From positions 1 to 64,000 of IMG/VR virus record IMGVR_UViG_3300032092_002720: a stretch of 64,000 bases of DNA. The stretch is one strand, 5' to 3'. The position numbers and the translations under genes are program-made. A model generated the notes under the pieces. That model worked only from the letters and a program-made list of their open reading frames with translations. It ran no database searches and was not told the origin of the DNA. Shown here piece after piece: positions 7,816-17,574 of this stretch. Source of the DNA: a virus (lineage: Duplodnaviria > Heunggongvirae > Uroviricota > Caudoviricetes). Each line of letters opens with the position of its first letter. Positions within the stretch are counted from its first letter, which is position 1.

Positions 7816-10323
7816 ATGAATTTTTACACCAATGTTACTCGACATCGAAATCAAATTTTAGTACGTGGAATATCTGACGGCAAGCCCGTCAAATTTTCTG
7901 TGAAATACAAACCTTATTTATTCGTTCAAGCAAATGCACAAACCGAACATAAGAACCTGAAGGGTGAATATGTCGGCAAGATGCAGTTCGACTCCATGTC
8001 TGAAACACGAGAGTTTCTGCAAAGTTACGAAAACGTGGCAGGCATGAACATCTATGGCCTCTCTGATTGGCCTTACATGTATATTTATGACAATTATAAG
8101 GGTGAGATCAGGTATGATCCCGCCCTCATTTCAGTTTGTTCGATCGATATCGAGACCAGCATCGAAGGTGGTTTCCCTGACATCGAGGAAGCAGACAAAG
8201 AAATCACAGGTATTACCATCGGCCGCAATGGTAGGAAGACCACATTTGGATGCGGTGAATATAAGGAACATCAAGACAATGTACAATATTACAAATGCGC
8301 AGACGAATCTGCACTCCTACTCGCTTTCCTTGAAGTCTGGAACGGGTCACTCTACTCGCCTGACGTTGTCACAGGCTGGAACATCGAGTTCTTCGACATT
8401 CCGTATCTTGTCAACAGGATTCGAAAGATTCTTGGATCTGATCACGCTGAACGTCTCTCTCCCTGGAAAATGCTCCGTGAATACAAAGTTAACAGCCGTG
8501 GACGAGAGTGCATTTGCTATGCCCCTGTCGGCATCGCCGTCCTTGATTACATCCAGCTTTATCGGAAGTTTACGTACACAGAGCAGGAATCTTACCGACT
8601 TGACTACATCGCTCAAGTTGAGCTAGGTGAAGGTAAGATTGACTTTCGCGACGAAGGTTATACCGACCTTGACGACCTTCGTCTGAGGAACTTCCAACGT
8701 TACATCGAGTATAACATTCGTGACGTTGAAATCGTTGAGAGGCTCGAAGATAAGCTGAAGCTCATCGAGTTGGTCTATGCTTTGGCTTATGACGCCAAGG
8801 TTAACTATGAAGATACTATGACAACCGTGAAACAGTGGGACGTGATCACTCACAACTACCTACTCGATCGAAACATCGTAGTGCCTCTCAACGATAAGAA
8901 TAAACCCGACCGAGCCTTCGTAGGCGGATATGTCAAAGATCCAAAGGTCGGTATGAGTAAATGGGTTGTGTCGTTCGATTTGAACTCCCTTTATCCTCAC
9001 CTTATCATGCAGTACAACATCTCCCCCGAGACGCTTGTCACTCGCTTAAAAGATAAGGTGTCAATCGACGACCTACTTGTTGGTGGCGCTAGTCAGTTCG
9101 GTGGCTATCTTGATAAAACGAACTGCACTATCGCCGCCAACCTTTGTATCTATACAAAAGAAAAACGCGGCTTCTTGCCATCGATTATGGATCGTATGTA
9201 TGACGATCGTACGAAATACAAGAAGCAGATGATCGAGTGTAAGAAGGAATATGAGAAGACGAAAGATCCTCGTCTTGTCAAGGAAATCGCACGACTCGAT
9301 AACATGCAGATGGCCAAGAAGATTCAGTTGAACTCGGCTTATGGTGCTCTCGGTAACAAGTGGTTCCGTTGGTTTGACGTGAACAATGCCGAAGCCATCA
9401 CCACCTCTGGTCAGCTCAGCATTCGTTGGATCGAGAAGAAGCTCAACGACTATCTCAACAAATTGTTGAAGACAGAAAACTTTGACTATGTGTTGGCTTC
9501 TGATACCGACTCGGTGTATGTGACGCTCGAATACCTCGTCAAGAATGTATTCGGTGATGATGTGCCTGAAACCAAGAAGGTGATTCAGTACATCGACAAG
9601 ATCTGTAAGGAACGAATCGAACCATTCATCGATCGTTCTTATCAAGAGCTTGCCGAATATATGCATGCATATGCTCAGAAGATGCAAATGAAGCGAGAGA
9701 ACATCGCAGACAAAGGCATCTGGAAAGCCAAGAAGATGTACATCCTCAATGTGTGGAACTCTGAAGGCGTTGAGTATGAGAAGCCGAAGTTGAAGATGAC
9801 AGGCATCGAAGCAGTTCGATCCTCGACTCCGACCGCATGTCGTGATGCCATTAAAAAGTCTCTCGAGATTATTATGGCTGGATCTGAATCGGATCTTCAG
9901 AAGTATGTGGCCAACTTCAAGTCAGAGTTTTCCTCTCTTGGATTTGACGACGTGGCCTTCACCCGTGGTGTCAAGGACATCGAGAAATATTGGGTAGGCG
10001 GTAGGTTCCAAAGCCAGACACCTATCCATGTTCGTGGTTCTGTGGTCTACAACGAAATGTTGAAGAAGAAGAAACTCACAAATAAATATCAATCTATTAC
10101 CAGCGGTGAGAAGATTAAGTTCGCATACTTGAAAAACCCAAATCCGACACAAGACTATGTTATCTCGTGTCCGAATGGTCTACCAAAAGAATTGAAGATG
10201 GAAGCTTACATCGACTATGCTGTGCAGTTCGAGAAAGGCTATCTCAGTCCTATCGAATCTATCACTAACACAATGGGCTGGCAAGCAGAAAAACGCGCAA
10301 CACTGGAGGATTGGTTCTCATGA
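7816..10323 (+). CDS. 43: Family B DNA polymerase (T4 gp43-like)
   Basis: Exo I motif CSIDIETS, Pol motifs SLYPHLIM and LASDTDSVYV (DTDS), KxxxNSxYG. T4-like N-terminus, so the start is probably the ATG at 7816 (MNFYTNV) rather than 7792. Confidence 0.9.
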   Translation: MNFYTNVTRHRNQILVRGISDGKPVKFSVKYKPYLFVQANAQTEHKNLKGEYVGKMQFDSMSETREFLQSYENVAGMNIYGLSDWPYMYIYDNYKGEIRYDPALISVCSIDIETSIEGGFPDIEEADKEITGITIGRNGRKTTFGCGEYKEHQDNVQYYKCADESALLLAFLEVWNGSLYSPDVVTGWNIEFFDIPYLVNRIRKILGSDHAERLSPWKMLREYKVNSRGRECICYAPVGIAVLDYIQLYRKFTYTEQESYRLDYIAQVELGEGKIDFRDEGYTDLDDLRLRNFQRYIEYNIRDVEIVERLEDKLKLIELVYALAYDAKVNYEDTMTTVKQWDVITHNYLLDRNIVVPLNDKNKPDRAFVGGYVKDPKVGMSKWVVSFDLNSLYPHLIMQYNISPETLVTRLKDKVSIDDLLVGGASQFGGYLDKTNCTIAANLCIYTKEKRGFLPSIMDRMYDDRTKYKKQMIECKKEYEKTKDPRLVKEIARLDNMQMAKKIQLNSAYGALGNKWFRWFDVNNAEAITTSGQLSIRWIEKKLNDYLNKLLKTENFDYVLASDTDSVYVTLEYLVKNVFGDDVPETKKVIQYIDKICKERIEPFIDRSYQELAEYMHAYAQKMQMKRENIADKGIWKAKKMYILNVWNSEGVEYEKPKLKMTGIEAVRSSTPTACRDAIKKSLEIIMAGSESDLQKYVANFKSEFSSLGFDDVAFTRGVKDIEKYWVGGRFQSQTPIHVRGSVVYNEMLKKKKLTNKYQSITSGEKIKFAYLKNPNPTQDYVISCPNGLPKELKMEAYIDYAVQFEKGYLSPIESITNTMGWQAEKRATLEDWFS

Positions 10324-10520
10324 TAGTAACAGAATATAATGGTAATGGAAAATATGCAAACCGCCGAGCTGAATTGCATAAGCAAAGCTATGATGATTAT
10401 TACTATGTCAAGTTTTTTGAAAATGATGAGCATATTGAAACGCGAGTTTTAAAAGAAAAAACATTACGATACGCAGAAGATTGCGCTGAAAACTGGACAA
10501 TAGGAGTTATTAATGGCTAA
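10311..10520 (+). CDS. hypothetical protein
   Basis: ORF overlapping the polymerase stop, then directly abutting the next gene. Confidence 0.25.
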   Translation: MVLMIVTEYNGNGKYANRRAELHKQSYDDYYYVKFFENDEHIETRVLKEKTLRYAEDCAENWTIGVING

Positions 10521-10743
10521 ACTAGATATAGACTTAGACTTTGATTTTGGTTTCACGACTTCATCTGAAGAAGAAATCAAACAAGAAGGCAACGATAAGG
10601 CAGATGCAATGTATGCTGCCATCATGCCTTTACTTGTAAATTTAAAGAAAGATGCAGATAAAAACCCGATCATCAACTGGCCTAATCGTGCCGAGAAGAT
10701 CGATCTCTTCATTGATAAATTAAATAAGATTCTCGCATCTTAA
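10513..10743 (+). CDS. hypothetical acidic protein
   Basis: ORF in the operon-like run between the polymerase and UvsX. Confidence 0.3.
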   Translation: MAKLDIDLDFDFGFTTSSEEEIKQEGNDKADAMYAAIMPLLVNLKKDADKNPIINWPNRAEKIDLFIDKLNKILAS

Positions 10744-10776
10744 TGGTGTACAAATAAAGATACATCGTGTATATTG
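10744..10776 (+). promoter_or_regulatory. Phage promoter motif copy
   Basis: GTGTACA at 10746-52, N17, TATATT at 10770-75; upstream of uvsX. Confidence 0.45.
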
Positions 10777-10798
10777 AACAATCAGACAAGGAGAAATT

Positions 10799-11869
10799 AT
10801 GTCAGACCTACTAAACAAACTTCGTAAGAATACGACTATCAAAGATTCAGACATCCTATCTGATTCGAAGTTCTTCAATGCCAAGGACATGGTTGCAACC
10901 ACCGTTCCTGCCATCAACATTGCCTTGAGCGGCAAGATCAACGGCGGTTTCGTTCCTGGTCTGACTATCTGGGCAGGTCCATCGAAGCACTTCAAGACAT
11001 CGTTCAGTCTGCTGATGGCCAAGGCATACATGGACAAGTACTCGGATGCAGTCATGCTTTTCTATGACTCAGAATTCGGTACTCCTCAATCTTACTTCGA
11101 CTCGTTCGGCATCGACACATCTCGAGTTCTCCATACTCCCATCACAGATGTCGAACAGTTGAAGTTTGATATTATGCATCAGTTCGAAGAGATCAAGCGT
11201 GGCGATCGTGTCATCGTTGTGATCGACTCGGTCGGCAATCTCGCTTCGAAGAAGGAAGTAGAAGATGCACTGAAGCAGAACTCAGCCGCCGATATGACTC
11301 GCGCAAAACAACTCAAGTCGCTCTTCCGCATGGTTACGCCCCATCTTAACCTCAAGGATATTCCTCTGATCGTGGTCAACCACACTTATCAGACTCAAGA
11401 GATGTACTCGAAGGCCGTCGTATCTGGTGGTACTGGCATCTATTACTCAGCTGACAACATCTTCATTCTTGGTCGTCAACAAGAGAAGGATGGCAAGGAA
11501 GTCACTGGTTACAACTTCATCATCAACGTTGAGAAGTCTCGCTTTGTAAAAGAAAAGAGCAAGATTCCAATCGAAGTATCATGGGACGAAGGCATCAGCA
11601 AATGGTCTGGTCTACTTGACATGGCTCTCGAGTCTGGTCACGTAATCAAGCCAAAGGTTGGCTGGTTCCAAAAGGTTGATATGGCTACTGGAGAAATCTT
11701 AGACAAGTCGTATCGCCTGAATGATACCTACAACTTCAGCTTCTGGCATCCTATCCTACAGTGTCCTAAGTTCAATGAGTTCATTGAAAAGAAGTACGCT
11801 GCAGCCAATGGTGCCATTATGCAAAATGAAGACGAAGTGGCAGATGTCTATGAGATGGAGGATGAATGA
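10799..11869 (+). CDS. uvsX: UvsX recombinase (RecA-like)
   Basis: Walker A GPSKHFKTSF, VVIDSVGNL; T4 UvsX-like organisation. GGAGAAATTATG SD. Confidence 0.85.
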   Translation: MSDLLNKLRKNTTIKDSDILSDSKFFNAKDMVATTVPAINIALSGKINGGFVPGLTIWAGPSKHFKTSFSLLMAKAYMDKYSDAVMLFYDSEFGTPQSYFDSFGIDTSRVLHTPITDVEQLKFDIMHQFEEIKRGDRVIVVIDSVGNLASKKEVEDALKQNSAADMTRAKQLKSLFRMVTPHLNLKDIPLIVVNHTYQTQEMYSKAVVSGGTGIYYSADNIFILGRQQEKDGKEVTGYNFIINVEKSRFVKEKSKIPIEVSWDEGISKWSGLLDMALESGHVIKPKVGWFQKVDMATGEILDKSYRLNDTYNFSFWHPILQCPKFNEFIEKKYAAANGAIMQNEDEVADVYEMEDE

Positions 11870-13281
11870 GAATTGAACACATTATATTTGGAAATCTTAT
11901 TGAAAACGAGGAGTACGGCCGCAAGGTCATTCCATTCCTCAAAGAAGAGTACTTTACTGACACTGTAGATCGTAAGATCTTCTCTATCATTCATGAATAT
12001 GTGGGAAAGTATAACAACTTTCCTACAAAATCTGCTGTCGAGATTGATCTCAACGAGGTAGGTGGTCTGTCTGACGATCAGTTCAAGCTTGCCAAAGAAG
12101 TTGTCTCTGGACTTGACAAGTCTGAAGATCGTGATGTTGCATGGCTCGTAGATAATACCGAGAAGTTTTGTAAAGACAAGGCATTGTATAATGCTTTGAT
12201 GAAGTCTATTCAGTTGGTAGACGACAGCAAAAAGGATAGCATCAGCGTAGGTGCTATTCCTCAGATCTTGACTGATGCACTCGGTGTTTCCTTCGATAGC
12301 CATATCGGTCATGACTTCTTGAATGATGCAGCAGAACGTTATGAGTTCTATCATCGTAAGGAAGTCCGTATCGGTTTCGACCTTGACTTCTTTAACAAGA
12401 TTACTCAAGGCGGTCTACCACGTAAGACATTGAACATTGCTCTTGCTGGTACTGGTGTCGGTAAGTCACTGTTCATGTGTCATAATGCTGCACACAACTT
12501 GATGGCAGGTCAGAACGTCTTGTATATCACTTTGGAAATGGCTGAAGAACGTATCGCTGAACGTATCGATGCTAACCTCCTCGGTGTAACACTCGACGAT
12601 CTAAAAGATTTACCACAGGCCATCTACTACAAGTTGGTAGGTAAAGTCAAGGAACGAGCAAAAGGCAAGCTCATTGTGAAGGAGTATCCAACAGCATGCG
12701 CAGGATCCGCAAACTTCCGACATCTCTTGAACGAGTTGAAGATCAAGAAGAACTTTATCCCCGACATTATCTACATCGATTATCTGAACATCTGTGCGTC
12801 GTCGAGGATCAAACCGGGATCGAACGTCAACTCGTACACCTACATCAAGGCGATCGCCGAAGAACTACGCGGCCTCGCCGTCGAGTTCAACGTGCCCATC
12901 ATTTCGGCTACTCAGACTAATCGTTCTGGTTTCAGCAACTCTGATGTCGGCCTCGAAGATACTTCTGAATCGTTCGGTCTGCCAGCAACAGCCGACTTTA
13001 TGTTTGCCTTGATTACGAGTGAAGAACTACGTCAACTCAATCAGATCATGGTAAAGCAGTTGAAAAATCGTTACGGCGATCCATCGGTGCACAAGCGATT
13101 CGTGATTGGTGTCGACTACTCGAAGATGCGTCTGTATAATGTAGAAGCGTCTGCACAAGAAGATCTTGTTCAAGATGAAGATCGACCAGTCTTCGACAAC
13201 TCCGCCTCTGGTTATCGACTCGAGAATGAATCGAAGCCAGTTAGTAAATTCGAGAAAATTAAATTTGCAGGATTTAAGTAA
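11866..13281 (+). CDS. 41: Replicative DnaB-like helicase (T4 gp41-like)
   Basis: Walker A LAGTGVGKS; IYIDYLNI; ATQTNRSG. ATGA overlap with uvsX. Confidence 0.85.
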   Translation: MRIEHIIFGNLIENEEYGRKVIPFLKEEYFTDTVDRKIFSIIHEYVGKYNNFPTKSAVEIDLNEVGGLSDDQFKLAKEVVSGLDKSEDRDVAWLVDNTEKFCKDKALYNALMKSIQLVDDSKKDSISVGAIPQILTDALGVSFDSHIGHDFLNDAAERYEFYHRKEVRIGFDLDFFNKITQGGLPRKTLNIALAGTGVGKSLFMCHNAAHNLMAGQNVLYITLEMAEERIAERIDANLLGVTLDDLKDLPQAIYYKLVGKVKERAKGKLIVKEYPTACAGSANFRHLLNELKIKKNFIPDIIYIDYLNICASSRIKPGSNVNSYTYIKAIAEELRGLAVEFNVPIISATQTNRSGFSNSDVGLEDTSESFGLPATADFMFALITSEELRQLNQIMVKQLKNRYGDPSVHKRFVIGVDYSKMRLYNVEASAQEDLVQDEDRPVFDNSASGYRLENESKPVSKFEKIKFAGFK

Positions 13282-13472
13282 TGGACTTTGAAAAAATGTC
13301 AGTCAAACCTGAACCACAATGGACGGTCATCAAACCTCCAGTTTACAAGTGGAGATGTCAACTCCATCCTGGCACATATTGGATGGTAGAGGATCATCGA
13401 GTTCCGAATTGGTTTCATCGTAAGATGCAAGAGCTTTGTTTTGGTATTGTATGGGAGAAGATTGATGGTTAA
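13281..13472 (+). CDS. hypothetical protein
   Basis: Small ORF coupled to the gp41 stop. Confidence 0.25.
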   Translation: MDFEKMSVKPEPQWTVIKPPVYKWRCQLHPGTYWMVEDHRVPNWFHRKMQELCFGIVWEKIDG

Positions 13473-13707
13473 CTACAAGATTACAAATGAAAACCAGTTG
13501 ATTGATATCGGTGCTGGTTATGTAGAACGTGGTGGAGATATTCTCGAGACCAAGACAGATCAGATCGTACTGAAAGGTTTAGGAATGCGGAAGGCCAAGG
13601 AGATGGTTCGTCATCTCAACTTTGGTGGTGGTTTTGACGGCCACACTCCAGCATTTTTTTTAGCTGAACGCGAAAAAACTTTAGAATTGACTGAAGAACT
13701 TGTATAA
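13441..13707 (+). CDS. hypothetical protein
   Basis: ORF followed by a non-coding region ending in a hairpin terminator. Confidence 0.3.
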   Translation: MVLYGRRLMVNYKITNENQLIDIGAGYVERGGDILETKTDQIVLKGLGMRKAKEMVRHLNFGGGFDGHTPAFFLAEREKTLELTEELV

Positions 13708-13826
13708 ATAGGTGTACACTATGTGGTGCGTGGATATGCAGTTTTAACTGTATAAGAGGCAAGTGTCTTAATTGACGACTGGAATAGGCAGGGTCACAGG
13801 TGGGGTTCCTCCTGCTACACGCATGA

Positions 13827-13857
13827 TGGGCGGCTTTCGGGTCGCCCATTTTTTTGT
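13827..13857 (+). terminator. Intrinsic terminator
   Basis: GGGCGGC-TTTC-GGGTCGCCC followed by TTTTTTT. Confidence 0.6.
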
Positions 13858-13862
13858 CTTCT

Positions 13863-13914
13863 CGAAAATAAACATGTACATTTTATCAAAACTTTGGTAA
13901 GGTGGACCTATAAT
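13863..13914 (+). promoter_or_regulatory. Phage promoter motif copy
   Basis: AAATAAACATGTACA (13873-80), N17, TAAGGT, then TATAAT at 13909-14. Near-identical cassette to 4040-4086 and 53054-53104. Confidence 0.55.
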
Positions 13915-13931
13915 CAAGAAGGAAAAAACAC

Positions 13932-14177
13932 ATGTACTCCATTCAATATTTCGATCGTCTTAACAACAACCTCGACACCTCTTCGCCTAAATTCCCCACC
14001 ATTCAACTTCTCGTCGATTTTATCAATCAAAATCCCGACCTCGAATATTCAATCGCCCTTTACAAAAACTACTTCGTCGCCGCGACCGTCGACGATATCG
14101 TTCTTAACAAAAAACCTCGCCTAAAATTCGTCAGACTTATGTCTCGCCTATCTCCTGTGATTGATAATTACAACTAA
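13932..14177 (+). CDS. hypothetical protein
   Basis: Preceded by the promoter cassette and an AAGAAGGAAAAAA SD. Confidence 0.3.
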   Translation: MYSIQYFDRLNNNLDTSSPKFPTIQLLVDFINQNPDLEYSIALYKNYFVAATVDDIVLNKKPRLKFVRLMSRLSPVIDNYN

Positions 14178-14226
14178 AAATAAACATGTACAATTAATAC
14201 AATTCTTGGTAAAGTGATACTATAAT
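14176..14226 (+). promoter_or_regulatory. Phage promoter motif copy
   Basis: AAATAAACATGTACA (14185-92), N17, TAAAGT, TATAAT at 14221-26. Confidence 0.55.
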
Positions 14227-14236
14227 CAATGAGGAT

Positions 14237-14338
14237 ATGATGATGTCTGCTGAAGAACAAGAATTCTGGGACGGTTACGAAGCTTGGCTCGATGAGCAAG
14301 CCGATCGTGCTGCATATGAACGTATGGTGGAAATGTGA
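14237..14338 (+). CDS. micro-protein (33 aa, acidic)
   Basis: Not in the ORF table (<60 aa). Preceded by the promoter motif and a GAGGA SD. Its stop overlaps the GTG start of the next gene (ATGTGA). Confidence 0.25.
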   Translation: MMMSAEEQEFWDGYEAWLDEQADRAAYERMVEM

Positions 14339-14949
14339 CTCGATTTGTAAACAGGTTCGTAATCTCTGACCATCATCTTGGTCATACGAATTCATGGGAA
14401 AAGTTCAAGCTCGAGGATGGCAGTCCTTTGCGTCCGTTCACTTCGACCGAAGAGATGAACGAGACCATGATTGAACGTCACAATGCCAAAGTGAAAGAGC
14501 AGGACACTGTCTACTTTCTTGGCGACGTGGTAATCAATAAGAAGTATCTCGAACTGGTAAAGCGCATGAACGGTCGTAAGATCCTCATCCGTGGTAACCA
14601 TGATATCTTCAAGGACGAAGACTATCGTGCAGTTGGCTTTGAGCAGATGCACGGTGTTCGTGTGTTTGTGGATAAGTTCATTCTGAGCCATATCCCTCTA
14701 CATCCTGACTGCGTATCAGAACGGTTCCGTGTCAACGTACATGGGCATCTGCACGCCAATCAAATAGGGTGGGTTGATCCAATTAACGGTCCTGGATATG
14801 ATCCTCGATATCTCTGCGTATGCGTAGAGCAAACCGACTTCACACCTCTTCACTTTGACGAGGTAGAAGAAAGAATCCAACAGCGTTGGGAATATGCAGG
14901 ATACGAAGGTCCTGTAAAAGCATGGGTAAATGGAAGTGGGCCAGGTTAA
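14335..14949 (+). CDS. Calcineurin-like metallophosphoesterase
   Basis: DHH (FVISDHHLGH), GDVV, GNHD and GHLH motifs in the order expected for Ser/Thr-phosphatase-like phosphoesterases. GTG start. Confidence 0.55.
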   Translation: MTRFVNRFVISDHHLGHTNSWEKFKLEDGSPLRPFTSTEEMNETMIERHNAKVKEQDTVYFLGDVVINKKYLELVKRMNGRKILIRGNHDIFKDEDYRAVGFEQMHGVRVFVDKFILSHIPLHPDCVSERFRVNVHGHLHANQIGWVDPINGPGYDPRYLCVCVEQTDFTPLHFDEVEERIQQRWEYAGYEGPVKAWVNGSGPG

Positions 14950-15313
14950 AGTGGGATACGCTTATCCTACCTCTAATCCGGTTGTAAATGATCTCTGTAA
15001 ATTCTTCTACGAAAGATTGCCAGCTGCAATCTGCAAACCAATTCCGGCATATGGCGATAAGCCTTCTCTCCATGAGGATTGGTGGGTAGAAGAGAAGATC
15101 AAATTGGGTTATGTAGTACCCGGTGTGAATGATAATGAACAAGGATTGCGAAATATCTATCGCTGGGGTAGGCATATTGCAATCGAAAAAGGTGACTGGT
15201 TCTTTGTTGACTATCATAAGGAGTTGCTATTGCATCAAGTTACAGAGTTGATTCCAACGCTTTTTATGAAAGCTGCGGAGATTTATAATGAGAAAAGGAA
15301 TTGTTATGAGTAA
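14930..15313 (+). CDS. hypothetical protein
   Basis: ORF overlapping the upstream stop. Confidence 0.3.
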   Translation: MEVGQVKVGYAYPTSNPVVNDLCKFFYERLPAAICKPIPAYGDKPSLHEDWWVEEKIKLGYVVPGVNDNEQGLRNIYRWGRHIAIEKGDWFFVDYHKELLLHQVTELIPTLFMKAAEIYNEKRNCYE

Positions 15314-15482
15314 AATGATTATTGCTTTCTTGTCATTGTTTGTCATCTTTTTTACAAGCATTGATATTTTCCGTCGGCTGACCGGAAAAGAAAAGATAAA
15401 AATGTTGGCCGTGGCCGGTTATTCTTTTGGAGTCACCGTTCTAGTAATGTTATTTGTTGCGTCTATTGTTATTTTGTTTTAA
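15306..15482 (+). CDS. small membrane protein
   Basis: AAGGAA SD; two hydrophobic helices. Confidence 0.3.
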   Translation: MSKMIIAFLSLFVIFFTSIDIFRRLTGKEKIKMLAVAGYSFGVTVLVMLFVASIVILF

Positions 15483-15496
15483 AGGAAAAGTGAATT

Positions 15497-16294
15497 ATGA
15501 ATCGTATTGCTAAGATCGCCGTTCTCGCTGGTTTGATGGCCACGACTGCTGCATGTACTCGAATTGAAACTGGTGAAGTTGGTGTTCGTCGGACATTTAA
15601 CAAGACTATTGAAACCACTGAACTGATGCCTGGTTCTGTTAATCAGACCATCTTTGGTGATGTATTGACGTTCCCAACGAAGGACGTTCAGGTTGACGTA
15701 GCTGACTTGACTCCACTCGCTTCGGATAACTCGACAGTTGCTGACTTCGATATGGCTGTCATCTACTCGATTAATCCTGGTTCGGTTGCAGAACTCTACA
15801 TCGAGAAGAACCGTGGCTTCCACGCTGACACCGAAGAAGGTGACACTCTCCTGATGTACAACTACATTCGTCAGCTTGGTCGCAATGCTGCCTATAAGGT
15901 TGCACGTAAGTATGAGTCATTGAAGATGGCTGATAATCGTGCTGAGATGGAACAACTGATTCGTCAGGAAGTTGTAGCACAGCTCGCTTCTGAGAAGCTT
16001 GACGGTGCAATTTCAATCTCACAGGTTCTTGTTCGTCAGGTAAAGCCTGCTGCAAATATCGTAGCCTCGGCTAATGCTCTTGTTCAGGCTCAGAATGCTG
16101 AAAAGCAAAAGCTGGTAGAGGTTCGTACCGCAAAGTTGGAAGCTGAACGTATTGCTGCTCTGAACGCCAACGCAGGCGCAACGAAGTACATGGAAGCAAC
16201 TGCTCTCGTAACGATCGCCGAAGCTGTCAAGGAAGGTAAGGTTTCTACCATTATCGTTCCTTACGACTTCAAGGGTATCGTCAACGTAAAGTAA
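15497..16294 (+). CDS. SPFH/band-7 (HflK/C-like) domain lipoprotein
   Basis: Signal peptide ending in the lipobox-like TAAC. GEVGVRR and a coiled ALVQAQNAEKQKLVEVRTAKLEAERIAA stretch typical of SPFH domains. Confidence 0.55.
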   Translation: MNRIAKIAVLAGLMATTAACTRIETGEVGVRRTFNKTIETTELMPGSVNQTIFGDVLTFPTKDVQVDVADLTPLASDNSTVADFDMAVIYSINPGSVAELYIEKNRGFHADTEEGDTLLMYNYIRQLGRNAAYKVARKYESLKMADNRAEMEQLIRQEVVAQLASEKLDGAISISQVLVRQVKPAANIVASANALVQAQNAEKQKLVEVRTAKLEAERIAALNANAGATKYMEATALVTIAEAVKEGKVSTIIVPYDFKGIVNVK

Positions 16295-16326
16295 GCATGT
16301 ACAATTAATGCGTGGTAGTGTATACC
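16292..16326 (+). promoter_or_regulatory. Phage promoter motif copy
   Basis: CATGTACA at 16296-303, N17, TATACC. Confidence 0.45.
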
Positions 16327-16348
16327 AGAATCAGGAGGAAATTATATT

Positions 16349-16768
16349 ATGACAATGCATCTTCTTGGTCCTGCTTACACTACCACTCATCATGGCAAGC
16401 GTAAGTCTAAAATGACGACGTCCAAGTATACCAAAATTGGTTTGGCTTGGCTCGAAGACTGTAAGTTCTGTAAGCGTAATGGCATCAAGCCGAAGACGTT
16501 CGAAGAATATCAAGCGTATCGTGCAGGCAACTACAAGCCTAAACTTCGTGGCACTCCGATGCCTCAGTACAACGTATCAGATCATCGTAAGAAGTACCCA
16601 TCTCAGAACGAGATCGGTGTACACTACGCAAAGAATTCCTCTTACGAGAAAGAAAAGCTTGCCGTCAGCGGCAATTATATCATCGGCCAAGCCTATAACA
16701 AAGGCGGACTTGTTGTCCTTTCCAAGTCTGAAGCGGCCGATCCGGCAACTGGTAAGAGACGCGGTTGA
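16349..16768 (+). CDS. hypothetical protein
   Basis: AGGAGGAAATTATATTATG SD; promoter motif upstream. Confidence 0.35.
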   Translation: MTMHLLGPAYTTTHHGKRKSKMTTSKYTKIGLAWLEDCKFCKRNGIKPKTFEEYQAYRAGNYKPKLRGTPMPQYNVSDHRKKYPSQNEIGVHYAKNSSYEKEKLAVSGNYIIGQAYNKGGLVVLSKSEAADPATGKRRG

Positions 16769-16798
16769 GCATCGTGTTCCTCCTCTCATCGTTGCCGT

Positions 16799-16858
16799 TC
16801 TTGGCGATCTTAGGTCTCTTTCTTTGGATCGGACTTAAGGTCGCCAAGATTTTTTTCC
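16799..16858 (+). terminator. Long hairpin + T-run (terminator or attenuator)
   Basis: CTTGGCGATCTTAGGTC ... GACTTAAGGTCGCCAAG followed by ATTTTTTT. Confidence 0.45.
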
Positions 16859-16948
16859 GATTTGCCCTCTATGGTTTTCTTTTCGTTATTTTAATTCTCC
16901 TCGCTTTAGGGGGTTTACAAAATTAATTTTTTGTAGTAAGGTGAACCT

Positions 16949-17182
16949 ATGATTGACCATACGCCAACTTATTCCGCCTTTCGTACTCCACTGGCATTGC
17001 CTGGATTGGAGTTCTACGACCACCATTTGGTCGGTCTGACATGGCCATATATAAACTGTAAAGGCAAACAGTATCACGTCACGATGCTCGATCAAGGTTG
17101 GGTGTGTGACTGTCCTGGTTTTAACTTCTATAATAAATGTAAGCACATTACACAAGTGCACGAAAAGGTGATAGCAGAATGA
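16949..17182 (+). CDS. SWIM zinc-finger protein
   Basis: CDCPGFNFYNKCKHITQVH matches CxCx(n)CxH of SWIM. Confidence 0.45.
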   Translation: MIDHTPTYSAFRTPLALPGLEFYDHHLVGLTWPYINCKGKQYHVTMLDQGWVCDCPGFNFYNKCKHITQVHEKVIAE

Positions 17183-17574
17183 TTGTTCAGAACGCAGTAA
17201 ATTGTTTGTCATGTGGAGATCTCATCGTCTCTAAGCATCGTCATGACTTTGTAAATTGCACTTGCGGTGCTGTATGGGTAGATGGCGGTCAGGACTACCT
17301 GCGTCGTGTAGGTGACTTTGAAAACGCCGTCGACTTGTCTTGGTCACTGCCAGACAAGTTATATTTTGATTGTGCTGATGCTGCTGGCCTTGCTATGGAT
17401 AGCGGTCGTAATACTAAAGGCATCGCCAATGCAGTGATGCGTACTCTTCGTGAAGCTGGTCGAGTGATCGCCGAAGGTGAACAAAGAATTCTAGCTCATA
17501 ATCCTCGTATGGATGAGATTATGGTTGAAGAAGCAGATGGAACAATTAATCGTTATAAGAAGGTTGTAGAATGA
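17179..17574 (+). CDS. hypothetical Cys-rich protein
   Basis: CLSCGD...CTCG putative zinc ribbon; ATGA overlap. Confidence 0.35.
   Translation: MIVQNAVNCLSCGDLIVSKHRHDFVNCTCGAVWVDGGQDYLRRVGDFENAVDLSWSLPDKLYFDCADAAGLAMDSGRNTKGIANAVMRTLREAGRVIAEGEQRILAHNPRMDEIMVEEADGTINRYKKVVE

Noticed and set aside
8054-9687. Antisense/alternate-frame ORFs inside the DNA polymerase gene (8054-8626 +, 8347-8616 -, 9073-9687 -)
   Set aside because: They lie entirely within a high-confidence gene with clear family-B motifs and have low-complexity translations. Same reasoning for minus-strand ORFs inside nrdA, KAS, gp41, the 25663 gene and others.
13863-13914. Interpreting the CATGTACA motif as a T4 MotA box
   Set aside because: The conserved element lies 17 nt upstream of the -10 hexamer, i.e. 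at the -35 position, not centred at -30. It is better read as a sigma70-type -35 variant.
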